Assembly (NCBI GenBank): GCA_038532305.1
Contig: JBCBAX010000001.1
Location: forward strand, 264,795-328,794
Source of the DNA: Pseudomonadota bacterium
Lineage (GTDB): Bacteria > Pseudomonadota > Alphaproteobacteria > Sphingomonadales > Sphingomonadaceae
DNA length: 64,000 nucleotides
Direction: 5' to 3'
Shown piece after piece: positions 1 to 10,100 of the stretch (position 1 is its first letter; every line of letters begins with the position of its first letter). The position numbers and the translations under genes were made by a program. The notes beneath the pieces are model-generated. The model saw only the letters and a program-made list of their open reading frames with translations. It was not told the DNA's origin and did not search any database.

Positions 1-2206
1 CAATATGAAGCATTCGCGCCGCGAAATGATGCAGCGTCCGTTCTCTTACGCGATTGTCGATGAGGTGGACTCAATCCTCATCGATGAAGCGCGCACGCCG
101 CTGATTATTTCTGGCCCAACAGAGGATAAGTCAGACCTGTATTCATCGCTTGATGAGGTCGCCAAGGAAATCCCTGATGAGTGGCTCGACAAGGATGAGA
201 AAACCCGCAACGTTCAGCTGACCGAAGAGGGGCATGAGGAAGTTGAAAAACTCCTGATCGAGAAAGAGCTGCTCGAAACTGACAACCTTTATGACGTTGA
301 GAATACGCAGGTTGTCCATCACCTCGATCAGGCTCTGCGCGCGGTTCATATGTACAAGCGCGATGACAATTACATCGTCAAAAACGACAAGGTCATCCTG
401 ATTGACGAGTTTACGGGCCGCATGATGGAGGGCCGCCGCCTATCCAACGGTCTGCACCAAGCGATTGAAGCCAAAGAAGGCGTCAAGATTGAGCCTGAAA
501 ACCAGACAATGGCCTCGATCACATTCCAGAACTATTTCCGCATGTATCCAAAGCTTGCGGGGATGACAGGGACAGCTGCCACAGAAGCTGCGGAATTCTG
601 GGATATCTACAAAGTTAACTGCGTTGAAATCCCAACAAACCTTCCAGTCGCGCGTGTCGATGAGGATGACGAATTCTACAAGAACACGATGGATAAATTC
701 GCAGCCATTGCGAAAGCCATCAAAGAAAAGAACGAAATCGGTCAGCCAATCCTTGTTGGCACAGTCTCAATCGAAAAATCCGAATTGCTTAGCAAATTCC
801 TCGATGATGAAGGCGTCAAACACGAAGTTCTAAACGCTCGTCAGCACGAACGTGAGGCGCATATTGTGGCGCAGGCTGGCCGATTGGGCGCAGTCACCAT
901 TGCGACGAACATGGCAGGTCGCGGCACCGATATTCAGCTGGGCGGCAATTTGGATTTCCGCATTGATGATGAGCTGGGCGAGATGGAAGATGGCCCTGCA
1001 AAAGACGAAGCTGTTGCGAAACTCACAGCCGAGGTGAAGGCCGAAAAAGCCAAAGTTCTGGAAGCTGGCGGCCTGTTCGTCCTTGGCACTGAACGCCATG
1101 AAAGCCGCCGGATCGATAACCAGCTGCGCGGCCGCTCTGGCCGACAAGGTGATCCGGGCCTTTCGCGTTTCTATCTGTGCCTTGAAGACGATCTGCTGCG
1201 CATTTTTGGCCCCGATACGCTCTTTGCCAAGATGATGAATTCCAATTTGGAAGACGGCGAAGCGATTGGCTCCAAGTGGCTTTCTAAAGCGATTGAGACC
1301 GCGCAGAAAAAGGTCGAAGGGCGCAATTACGAGGCCCGTAAACAGGTCGTGCAATACGATGACGTGATGAATGACCAACGCAAAGTCATCTACGAACAAC
1401 GCTCTGAAATCATGGATTCAGAAGCAGTGGATGATGTGGTGCTCGATATGCGTCACGACACCGTCAATGGAATTGTGGGTATGGCGTGTCCTCCAGGATC
1501 CTATCCAGAGCAATGGGATGTCGAAGGGCTGAAAGAGAAGCTGGCCGATGTCTTCAATCTCGAAGTGCCGTTGGATGAATGGCTGGAAGAAGATCAGGTT
1601 GAACCTGAAATCCTCGAAGAACGCATCCGGGCCATTACGGATGATCTGATGGATCAAAAGGTTGGCAAATATGATGAGGCGCAATGGCGCAGCGTTGAAA
1701 AAGAAGTGCTGCTACGCCAGCTCGATTTCCATTGGAAAGAGCACCTCGCGACCTTGGATGCACTGCGCCAAGTGATCTGGATGCGCGGCATTGCTCAGAA
1801 GCAACCGATCAATGAGTATAAGCAAGAGGCGTTCGGCCTGTTCGAAGGACTGCTTGATACTCTGCGTGAGGAAGTGACAAAGATATTGTTCCGTGCCGAG
1901 CTTGTTCAGCAACAGCCTGAACCACAAGCTTTGCCGGATCTGCCTGATTTCCTGACCAGTCATATCGATCCGCTCACTGGGCTCGACAATTCTAACGATG
2001 GCGATGGGTCAGAAGATCGCCCGGATTTGATCGGATCGCTCGCTCCGTCCATTCGGGCCGAAGCAGGCACCGGCGGGGCGATCACCGAAAATCCCTATGC
2101 GCATCTCAACATATCGCGCAACGCGCCGTGTCCGTGTGGATCGGGTAAGAAGTATAAGCATTGCCACGGCGCAGTGGGCATTCCGCCAGTTGCTGCACCC
2201 GTTTAA
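1..2206 (+). CDS. secA: Preprotein translocase ATPase SecA, C-terminal ~733 aa (5' end outside window)
   Basis: ORF is open to the window start. It has the [19 protein letters not shown] motor motif and the C-terminal zinc-binding tail [14 protein letters not shown] typical of SecA. Confidence 0.95.
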   Translation, partial: NMKHSRREMMQRPFSYAIVDEVDSILIDEARTPLIISGPTEDKSDLYSSLDEVAKEIPDEWLDKDEKTRNVQLTEEGHEEVEKLLIEKELLETDNLYDVENTQVVHHLDQALRAVHMYKRDDNYIVKNDKVILIDEFTGRMMEGRRLSNGLHQAIEAKEGVKIEPENQTMASITFQNYFRMYPKLAGMTGTAATEAAEFWDIYKVNCVEIPTNLPVARVDEDDEFYKNTMDKFAAIAKAIKEKNEIGQPILVGTVSIEKSELLSKFLDDEGVKHEVLNARQHEREAHIVAQAGRLGAVTIATNMAGRGTDIQLGGNLDFRIDDELGEMEDGPAKDEAVAKLTAEVKAEKAKVLEAGGLFVLGTERHESRRIDNQLRGRSGRQGDPGLSRFYLCLEDDLLRIFGPDTLFAKMMNSNLEDGEAIGSKWLSKAIETAQKKVEGRNYEARKQVVQYDDVMNDQRKVIYEQRSEIMDSEAVDDVVLDMRHDTVNGIVGMACPPGSYPEQWDVEGLKEKLADVFNLEVPLDEWLEEDQVEPEILEERIRAITDDLMDQKVGKYDEAQWRSVEKEVLLRQLDFHWKEHLATLDALRQVIWMRGIAQKQPINEYKQEAFGLFEGLLDTLREEVTKILFRAELVQQQPEPQALPDLPDFLTSHIDPLTGLDNSNDGDGSEDRPDLIGSLAPSIRAEAGTGGAITENPYAHLNISRNAPCPCGSGKKYKHCHGAVGIPPVAAPV

Positions 2207-2230
2207 CTCGGGCGAGGGGGGCGCGCACCG

Positions 2231-2986
2231 ATGATCGGAGCAGTCCCGGCGCTGCTGGCGCTCGCCTTTGCTCTGACCGCTCTGCTTTATGCAAGCGTCG
2301 GATTTGGCGGCGGGTCAACCTATGCCGCTTTGCTGGCGATTTCCGGGCTGGATTACCGCCTGCTGCCTTTGGTGGTGCTGGCTTGCAATATTGTGGTGGT
2401 CGCAGGTTCTACCGTGCGGTTTGCGCGCGCGGGGGTAACTCCGTGGAAAGGCGCGCTTATGCTCACAGCATTGGCAGCACCCGCGGCGTTTGTCGGCGGA
2501 TTGATCCCGGTGGATGAAACGCTGTTTATGACGCTGCTTGGCGCGAGCCTTATTCTGACAGGGGCAACGCTGCTCATTCCTGTTTCCGAAGCTCAGGCAC
2601 AGGCGCCAACACGTTTCGCCAAAGCCATGCCGTTTGTCGCGGCACCCATGGGTTTTGTGGCGGGATTGGTGGGTATTGGTGGAGGGATATTCCTGGCCCC
2701 GCTGCTCCACCTTACTCGCTGGAGGGACGCGCGAGCCATTGCGGCGACCGCGAGCCTGTTTATCCTCATTAACTCACTGTTTGGCCTTGCAGGGCAATTG
2801 CTAAAACAAGGGCCGGGCGCGTTTGTCGGAGCGATTGGATACAGCCTACCGCTGCTGATCGCAGTTGTCATCGGCGGACAAGTGGGCAGCTTTATGGCGG
2901 TGAAAGTGCTGCCGAAGAAATGGGTCCGATGGTTGACGGCTTTGCTGGTGCTGGTTGTGGGGGTTAGGGTGCTTTTTGGCGCCTAA
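2231..2986 (+). CDS. TSUP (TauE/SafE) family anion permease
   Basis: 251-aa multi-TM ORF with the two glycine-rich half-repeats (SVGFGGGSTY and LVGIGGGIFL) characteristic of TauE/SafE permeases. Confidence 0.8.
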   Translation: MIGAVPALLALAFALTALLYASVGFGGGSTYAALLAISGLDYRLLPLVVLACNIVVVAGSTVRFARAGVTPWKGALMLTALAAPAAFVGGLIPVDETLFMTLLGASLILTGATLLIPVSEAQAQAPTRFAKAMPFVAAPMGFVAGLVGIGGGIFLAPLLHLTRWRDARAIAATASLFILINSLFGLAGQLLKQGPGAFVGAIGYSLPLLIAVVIGGQVGSFMAVKVLPKKWVRWLTALLVLVVGVRVLFGA

Positions 2987-3012
2987 CGGTAATTCTGGTA
3001 TCCAAATGAACC

Positions 3013-3833
3013 ATGCAATTCTTGGTTGTTCTGCTTCTGTTGGATCAGTCCCTTTGGATACCTCCATCTGTAACGATTGAATCCGACAGCGCTGTGGAGT
3101 GGCAATCCGCATCCATTCCTTGTGAAACGCATCGGCCAGCGAAAGTGGATCGAACAGTTCCACGTCCTTGTGATGTTGAGGAATGGGAACATGAAATCCT
3201 CGGCGTTTATCCCTCCGATTCTCTTTTCAGAGATCAAGAGGGCACGGTGTCTATATCGGGCAATATTGATGCAGGCGGCAACTTAGTGACCTGTAATGTT
3301 GATCGGTCTGGCGGGCATAGCATCCTTGACCAAGCTGCGTGTTCGAGGCTTTCCAACCACGCGAAGTTTCTCCCTGCCCTGAATAGCCAGGGAAAGATTA
3401 TTGTGAAGCGTTTTGAAACGCGGGTTACTTTTCGACTTCCAGATTGGCCCTCAGATTTGGGCAGGGATATCACTCAGGCGCGCCCCAAAGACCAAGAGGA
3501 GTGGGCGAAAAAATCGCCGAGAGTTTTCCATCGCCACCTCTCCGCAGGGACTTGAGCGGCGTGATTGATCTTCGCGTGATGGTCGCACCAAATGGACGGG
3601 CTGTTCGTTGCGAGGTGCTTAGTTCGACAGCGCCGAGAGTAACTCAAATTGCAGCTTGTCGGTCAATGCACCGCTATTCAAGATTCAAACCGGCGGTCGA
3701 CACAAACGGGCGCGAAGTGACCGGCGAATACACGACCACCATAACGCACAACAACTACGGAGTGGAAAATGGCTCCCCGAGTTGGATTCGAACCAACGAC
3801 CAAGTGATCAACAGAGAGTCTGGTCGAGTATAA
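3013..3833 (+). pseudogene. Tandem TonB-C-domain protein, frame broken at an A6 run
   Basis: Two overlapping ORFs (3013-3555 and 3444-3833) each carry a TonB C-terminal-like domain (YPSDSLFRDQEGTVSI..LDQAAC..FLPA and FPSPPLRRDLSGVIDL..AACRS..RFKPA). One extra A in the run 3508-3513 would fuse them (..EEWAKK-IAESFPSPP..). The 3' end reads into the tRNA-like repeat. Confidence 0.5.
3766..3814. repeat. 49-nt direct repeat of the tRNA-Asn 3' half (att-like)
   Basis: 3766-3814 matches 4722-4770 at 48 of 49 positions (aaaatggctccccgagttggattcgaaccaacgaccaagtgat[c/t]aacag). A further 12-nt core copy, gaccaagtgatt, lies at 3852-3863. Confidence 0.85.
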
Positions 3834-4010
3834 AGATCAGTGGGTTAGGCGGACCAAGTGATTCAATGGCATATGGTCTTTTCTCGTAAGTCACTGACTT
3901 GTCGTGAGAGTTTAGACTGCGTTCCAGTGAATGGATTTCGGCGACTAGAAAAGAGACTAATCCACACCCGTCAGTTGCAGGATTTCTGAGGTGTGATTCA
4001 ATGAAGTCAT

Positions 4011-4430
4011 ATGAAACGAGAATACAAATTTAGAGCCTGGGATCAGTCACGGAGATACATGATTACCTCTTCTGACATTGACCACATAGATTTCGAAAGA
4101 TGTACCGCATACTGGTACGACGTCACCGCCGACCCTCACCCAGAAACAGGCGAGCCTATGGAGCCGTATCAGATACGAGCTCAATCAAATGAAATTATTC
4201 CTATGCAGTACACTGGTCTAACGGACGGATCGGGTAGAGAAATCTACGAAGGTGATTGGTTCCGACCAGACATACCAAACTGCCGCACAGCATTATTAGT
4301 TGAGAGGGACGAGCATAAAGCATCGTACAAACCATTCAACGATCCGAACTACAATTACTCTTCAAGCGCTGGGGTAGTGATTGGTAACAAGTTCGAGAAC
4401 CCAGAACTACTGAATGAGAGTGGCACCTAG
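4011..4430 (+). CDS. YopX-family phage protein
   Basis: The N-terminus MKREYKFRAWD.. followed by ..IPMQYTGLTDGSGREIYEGD matches the characteristic YopX pattern (K/IKFRAWD ... QYTGLKDKNGKEIYEGD). The gene is AT-rich. Confidence 0.7.
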   Translation: MKREYKFRAWDQSRRYMITSSDIDHIDFERCTAYWYDVTADPHPETGEPMEPYQIRAQSNEIIPMQYTGLTDGSGREIYEGDWFRPDIPNCRTALLVERDEHKASYKPFNDPNYNYSSSAGVVIGNKFENPELLNESGT

Positions 4431-4625
4431 GGTAATCACACCGGCTACGACAGCACCAATAAGGGCACTTGTGACAGCGACCTTCATATTGTCGCGTCGT
4501 TCGATCTTGAATTTGAGTAATTCGATTTCACGATCATGTTGCTCGCGGGCGTCAGGATCGCCAAAGCCAGCACCATTACCAGTCATGGAAACGAGATCGT
4601 CCAGTTTCTTTTCAAGATCGCTCAT
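4407..4625 (-). CDS. Small tail-anchored membrane protein, hypothetical
   Basis: 72-aa ORF with a charged coiled-coil-like N-terminal part and a single C-terminal TM (VAVTSALIGAVVAGVITLGATLI). Convergent with the YopX gene and overlapping it by 24 nt. No family recognised. Confidence 0.4.
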   Translation of the reverse strand: MSDLEKKLDDLVSMTGNGAGFGDPDAREQHDREIELLKFKIERRDNMKVAVTSALIGAVVAGVITLGATLIQ

Positions 4626-4725
4626 TTGAGTGTTTTAACACCAAACACGAAGCATTCCAGCCTCTGTTTTGCGAGACTAATTGGCGACTAAGAAACAAAC
4701 CGATCAGTGTAAGTCCCTGAAAAAA

Positions 4726-4800
4726 TGGCTCCCCGAGTTGGATTCGAACCAACGACCAAGTGATTAACAGTCACCTACTCTACCGCTGAGCTATCGGGGA
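4726..4800 (-). tRNA. tRNA-Asn (GTT)
   Basis: The reverse complement reads TCCCCGATAGCTCAGCGGTAGAGTAGGTGACTGTTAATCACTTGGTCGTTGGTTCGAATCCAACTCGGGGAGCCA. It folds as a cloverleaf with a 7-bp acceptor stem, anticodon loop CTGTTAA, TTCGAAT T-loop and encoded CCA. Confidence 0.92.
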
Positions 4801-4887
4801 ACAATCGCAATGGGTTTCTCTCCGTTGCGAGGAAGCCGCGTATATTCAGGCGGCTTGCTCATTGCAAGAGGGTATAGCGCAGAAATC

Positions 4888-5715
4888 CTAATCAACCACA
4901 AATTGCTCTGATACAATGCGGTCTTCTAAAGATTGGCCGGGGTCGAACAGCAGTTCCAGCGCGTTTTCATGGGCTACATCGATGGTAACCTCGGCGATAT
5001 CACGCACCTCTTTCTGGTCGGCAACGGCCGAAACGGGGCGTTTGGCGGGTTCCAGCACACGCAGTTTTATTCGCATTCGATCAGGAAGAATCGCACCGCG
5101 CCACCGTCTGGGGCGAAATGGGCTGATGGGTGTTAGGGCTACCAATTGGCTATCCAACGGCAGTATCGGGCCATTTGCAGAGAAATTGTAAGCGGTGGAA
5201 CCCGCAGGTGTTGAGACCAAGACCCCGTCGCCAACAAGTTCTGCAATGCGAACGCGGCTGCCCACTGTGATTTCAATTTTTGCCGTCTGACGGGTTTCGC
5301 GCAAAAGCGACAATTCATTGATCGCGAGCAGTTCATGCACAGCGCCATCTTGCGTGGTCGCTTTGATCCGCAAGGGCGCGATGCGTTTGGATTTTGTGCT
5401 GGAAAGCCTGTCGAGGACAGACATGTTTTCATCAAACGGGTTCATCATGAACCCAACTGTGCCAAGATTGATGCCGTATGCGGGAATGACACGGCCAGCA
5501 TCCATCATGGCATGGAGGGTTTGCAGCATAAAACCATCGCCACCCAAAACGACTGCAACGCGCGCTTCGGGCAAGGGGCACCAATTGTGCTGGTCGAGCA
5601 GGGCGCCCCGAGCAGACTGCGCGCGATGTGTGTCAGATGCCACGAGCGCAATGCGCGCATGGCCATCATCTGTGTGCAGTGGTGCGGCGGATGCAGGTGT
5701 GGTTTTAACGTCCAT
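4888..5715 (-). CDS. nadK: NAD kinase
   Basis: GGDGFMLQTLH motif and ..STPAGSTAYNFSANGPILP.. are typical of NAD kinase. The ORF extends to a TTG at 5778; the ATG at 5715 (MDVKTT) is the likelier start. Confidence 0.85.
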   Translation of the reverse strand: MDVKTTPASAAPLHTDDGHARIALVASDTHRAQSARGALLDQHNWCPLPEARVAVVLGGDGFMLQTLHAMMDAGRVIPAYGINLGTVGFMMNPFDENMSVLDRLSSTKSKRIAPLRIKATTQDGAVHELLAINELSLLRETRQTAKIEITVGSRVRIAELVGDGVLVSTPAGSTAYNFSANGPILPLDSQLVALTPISPFRPRRWRGAILPDRMRIKLRVLEPAKRPVSAVADQKEVRDIAEVTIDVAHENALELLFDPGQSLEDRIVSEQFVVD

Positions 5716-5838
5716 CTTCCCTTGGTCTTCGCTTTTGCAGGGCCCCTGAGGCTCTACGAGTTTATGCTGATGTTCCAATTCAGGGCGTTTTGCAATTGTA
5801 ATGCCCCTATTTGTAAAAATGCGACTATACGAAGGTTA

Positions 5839-6669
5839 ATGAAAACGGGTCACAATCACGGTCGATTTTCTCTGAGAGCCGCACAGCGTGGTGTTCTTCC
5901 CGGAGTGCCTCCAGGCGCCTTGGAGCAGGATTTGCTGCGCGCGCTGGATCATTGCGAAATCGAGGTACGGTTTCAGCCGCAGTTTGTATCACACAATTCA
6001 ACAGTTAGCGGGGCAGAAGCTCTGGCGCGATGGCAGCACCCTTCTTTGGGTGAAATCGGCGCGAGTGATTTGTTTGCCATTGCGGAACGCGCTCATTTGG
6101 TTGCTCCGTTGTCGCGTCACGTGGTTGCCAAGGCGTTAGATGAAGCAGCATCATGGCCTGAAACCCTCAGTCTTTCGCTTAACATTACGCCTGAAGAAAT
6201 GGGCGATCCCCGTTTTCCAGCTGATTTTGCTGAATTGATCGGCATGAGCGGGCTCAATCCCAACCGATTGATGCTTGAGATTACAGAAGACCTGCTGCTG
6301 CGTAATCTGGAGCAGGCAAGCATTGCACTGGCTGGCTTGCGCAATCTTGGTTTTCGCACAGCGCTTGATGATTTTGGCGCTGGCTTTTGCAATTTCCAAT
6401 ATCTGCGTGAATTGCCGCTGGATGCGTTAAAGCTTGACCGGATTATGGTTGAAGGCATTCCCGGCGATCCTAAAGCAATTGCCGTTTTGCGCGCGATTAT
6501 GGGCCTTGGCAAAGCGTTGGATCTGGATGTCTATGCTGAAGGCATTGAAAGCGAAATTCAGCGCGCGGCCGTGACCAGCGAAGGATGCGATTACTGGCAG
6601 GGCTTCCTGCGGGCACAGCCGATGACGAGTGAAGAAATGCTGGGTGTTGCACGCTCTGCGCAGGTTTAA
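5839..6669 (+). CDS. Stand-alone EAL-domain c-di-GMP phosphodiesterase
   Basis: All EAL catalytic signatures are present: AEALARW, LSLNI, LEITE, DDFGAGF, KLDR, AEGIES, QGF. The upstream part of ORF 5335-6669 is antisense to nadK, so the start is taken at ATG 5839 (MKTGHNHG). Confidence 0.85.
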   Translation: MKTGHNHGRFSLRAAQRGVLPGVPPGALEQDLLRALDHCEIEVRFQPQFVSHNSTVSGAEALARWQHPSLGEIGASDLFAIAERAHLVAPLSRHVVAKALDEAASWPETLSLSLNITPEEMGDPRFPADFAELIGMSGLNPNRLMLEITEDLLLRNLEQASIALAGLRNLGFRTALDDFGAGFCNFQYLRELPLDALKLDRIMVEGIPGDPKAIAVLRAIMGLGKALDLDVYAEGIESEIQRAAVTSEGCDYWQGFLRAQPMTSEEMLGVARSAQV

Positions 6670-6680
6670 GTGGACCAAGT

Positions 6681-7151
6681 TTAGGCTGGTCTTACAATCG
6701 TGATCGCTTGGTCGGTTGAGGGCCAAAGCTCAATGCGATATCGATCATCTCCATCAAGCCCGTCAGCTGAGATAGTATCAAGCCCGCCATAACTAACTCT
6801 CACGCGATACATTCCTGCTGCCAATTCAATCCTCATCGCATCAGGAAAGTAGTCTGTACAACCAGCTATAACTAATCTGCCGGACGTGACCTCAAGAGGG
6901 CATTCGCAAACACGATCCCAGTCTTCAAATTCTCGCTCTGGAGGTGCATCGAGCAAATGGATTTCCACCGGAACGTCCATGTTACGGGCGGTGCCAATGG
7001 CGACGACACCTCGAGAAACAGCGAGCATACGCTCACTTGATTCCTTATCCCACGTATCGCCATCAATGCCGACATCCGTATCGTCTTGAATATAGAACTG
7101 ATGATAGTCGGCGAATAGTGACGTCTCGTATTTGGTCATGCGGACTTCCAT
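6681..7151 (-). CDS. Hypothetical acidic cytoplasmic protein (possible ComJ/Nin-like fold)
   Basis: 156-aa ORF with no TM or signal peptide. The YHQFYIQDD..W.....GVVAIGTARN pattern weakly recalls the ComJ nuclease-inhibitor family. This is from memory, not searched. Confidence 0.55.
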   Translation of the reverse strand: MEVRMTKYETSLFADYHQFYIQDDTDVGIDGDTWDKESSERMLAVSRGVVAIGTARNMDVPVEIHLLDAPPEREFEDWDRVCECPLEVTSGRLVIAGCTDYFPDAMRIELAAGMYRVRVSYGGLDTISADGLDGDDRYRIELWPSTDQAITIVRPA

Positions 7152-7177
7152 AGATTAAGAGCGAATGTTTGGAATTC

Positions 7178-10100
7178 CTAGGCAGCTTTCTTAGTTCGCT
7201 TCCGCTCTGCTTTTTGGGCAATGCGCGATAGCCCTTTGGTAAGCTGAAATAGGCCGTTCAATCGGCTTTGTGGATCGCCCCACGCGCGGTTGATCACCAG
7301 CTTCATATCAGGACGCAATTTGGCAGTCCCTTCGCGGCCTGAATTCAATTTATCAACATAAGCGATGAGGCCTGGCCCGTCGGGGAAGCTATCCTTGTGG
7401 AATGTAACCAAGGTCCCGCGCGCTCCGACATCTATTTTGGCGATGTTGGCGGTGATGGCCTGATGTTTGATCTCGATCAGCCGGACAAGGTTTTGGGTTG
7501 GGGCGGGCAGGTCTCCGAAACGGTCGATCATTTCAGCGGCCATGGATTCGATCTCGGCCTTGTCTTGCGCTTGGTTGAGGCGGCGGTACAGCGCCATCCG
7601 CACGGCGAGGTCGGGCACGTAATCCTCTGGGATCATAATCGGCGCGTCGACTGTGATCTGCGGGGACAGCGCATCGCGGCTTGCCTCCAGCCCTGCTTCA
7701 CCTGCTTTGGCCGCCATAATTGCGTCTTCGAGCATCGATTGGTAAAGCTCAAAGCCAACTTCGCGGATGTGGCCTGATTGTTCGTCACCCAAGAGGTTGC
7801 CCGCGCCGCGTATGTCGAGATCGTGGCTGGCGAGTTGGAAGCCTGCGCCAAGGCTATCGAGATCGCCCAAGACTTTGAGGCGTTTCTCGGCAATCTCAGA
7901 CAATTGCACGTCTTTCTCATAGGAAAGATAGGCATAGGCGCGCAGTTTCGATCGGCCCACACGCCCGCGCAATTGGTAAAGCTGGGCAAGCCCGAAACGG
8001 TCTGCGCGGTGGATGATAATGGTGTTGGCGCTTGGCAGGTCGAGGCCGGATTCGACAATCGTGGTGGAAAGCAGCACTTCGTATTTGCCATCGTAAAAGG
8101 CGCTCATCCGCTCTTCGATTTCATTCGCGCCCATCTGGCCATGGGCAGAGACGCACTTTACCTCGGGAACGGTTTCACGCAGCCATTCCTCAACATCGGC
8201 CATGTCTGAGATGCGCGGCACGACGATAAAGCTCTGCCCGCCGCGATGGTGTTCGCGCAGCAAAGCCTCTCGCATCACCATCTCATCCCATTCCATAACG
8301 TAAGTGCGCACGGCGAGCCGGTCGACGGGCGGGGTTTGGATGGTGGACAATTCGCGCAAGCCCGTCATCGCCATTTGCAATGTGCGCGGGATAGGGGTTG
8401 CGGTCAGCGTCAGCATGTGGACATCGGCGCGCAGGGTCTTCAGTTTTTCCTTGTGGGTCACGCCAAAACGCTGCTCCTCATCGACAATCACAAGGCCGAG
8501 ATTTTTGAACTCGGTTGATTTCGACAGGATCGCATGCGTGCCGACAATGATATCGATATTGCCCGCTGCCAATCCTTCGCGAGTTTCGCTCGCTTCTTTA
8601 GACGATACGAGGCGCGACAGCCTGCCAACATTCAGCGGAAAGCCTGCAAAGCGCTCCGCGAAATTCTGATAGTGCTGGCGGGCCAGAAGAGTTGTTGGGG
8701 CAACCACGGCAACTTGTTGGCCGTTCATTGCGGCCACGAATGCGGCGCGCAAAGCGACCTCGGTTTTGCCAAAGCCGACATCGCCGCAGACTAGCCGGTC
8801 CATCGGCTTGCCGCTTTCGAGGTCTCGCAAAACATCGGCGATTGCCGCGTCCTGATCGTCGGTTTCCTCCCATGGGAAGCGGTCGACGAACTGGTTGTAA
8901 CTTGCCTCTTCCGCTTCAAAAACCGGGGCTTTTTTAAGCGCGCGCTGGGCGGCGACTTTCATCAATTCGCCTGCAATGGCTGTGATGCGTTCTTTGAGGC
9001 GCGCACGGCGTTTTTGCCATGCTTCACCGCCTAAACGGTCCAGGGGCACGGCGTCTTCGGACGAGCCATAGCGCGAGAGAACGTCAATGTTTTCAACCGG
9101 GATGAACAGTTTGTCGCCGCCGTGATACTCGAGTGCGACACAATCATGCTGACTTTTGCCGACGGGGACGGGATCGAGGCCCAGATATTTGCCGATGCCG
9201 TGTTCAACGTGGACGACTAAATCGCCTTTCGCGAGCGCTTGCAATTCTGCCAGAAACGCATCGGAGCCTTTGCGCTTTTTCTTGCGGCGAACCAGACGGT
9301 CACCCAGCACATCCTGCTCGGTCAGCAGTTCTAGATCGTCATTCGCAAACCCTGTTTCGAGTGGTAGGACCATCGCGGTCGCTTGACCCTTTGCGGCGGC
9401 TCCCAGTGCCTCTTGCCACGTGTTTGCAAGCGCGGTGGGCGTTCCCGCTTCCTCCAATATCGAAGCGATGCGCTTGGCGGAGCCTTTGGAATAGGCAGCG
9501 AATAATGGCTTGCGTTTGGACTTGGCGAGGCTGGCGAAGTGCTTGCTTGCTGCCTCATACACATTGTCACCACGAGCGCGTTCTGGCGTGAAATCGCGGG
9601 AGGCTTTGAAGCCGAAATCAAGAGCATTGTTGCCGTCAGGTGCGGCGAACACGCTGGCTTTGTGCGCGGCTGCTTGGTCGAGCGCCTCGTTCAATTCGCT
9701 TTGCGCCAGATACAGCGAGTCTGCTGCGAGCGGCCGGTACGATCCCGATTTATCTCCTGCAACGCGCGTGCGCTGTTCGTGATAATCTGCGATGTCTTTG
9801 AGGCGTTCCTCCGCCGCGCCTAAAGCGCTTTGATCGATTACGACCGCGTCATCTTTGTTTAGATGATCGAACACGGTCGCGAGTTTATCCTCAAACAAAG
9901 GCAGCCAATGCTCCATCCCTGCAAGACGGCGTCCATCGCTCACTGCTTCATAAAGAGGGTCCTGCGTGGCCGATGCTCCGAATTGTTCGCGGTATCGTGA
10001 GCGGAAGCGTTTGATGCTGTCGGGATCGAGCAGAGCCTCGGATGCGGGCAACAGCAAGTGCTCATCCAGCCGCCCGGTTGATCGTTGTGTAGAAGGATCA

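Larger units (their letters stand above)
3766..4770. mobile_element. Remnant of a tRNA-Asn-integrated element (phage-like cargo, no integrase)
   Basis: Bounded by the 49-nt direct repeat, one copy of which is the 3' half of the intact tRNA-Asn. Contains a YopX-like phage gene. A hand count of 4021-4120 gives about 41% GC, against about 59% for 2281-2380. Confidence 0.55.

Noticed and set aside
2986-3040. Weak similarity of ggtatccaaatgaacca to the tRNA-derived att sequence (ggattcgaaccaacg), as a possible outer boundary of an older island.
   Set aside because: The match needs a 3-nt indel and several mismatches, so it is indistinguishable from chance.
5335-5838. N-terminal 168-codon extension of the EAL ORF.
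   Set aside because: It is antisense to the nadK coding sequence and its translation is Cys/His/Arg-rich nonsense. The EAL domain begins only after ATG 5839.
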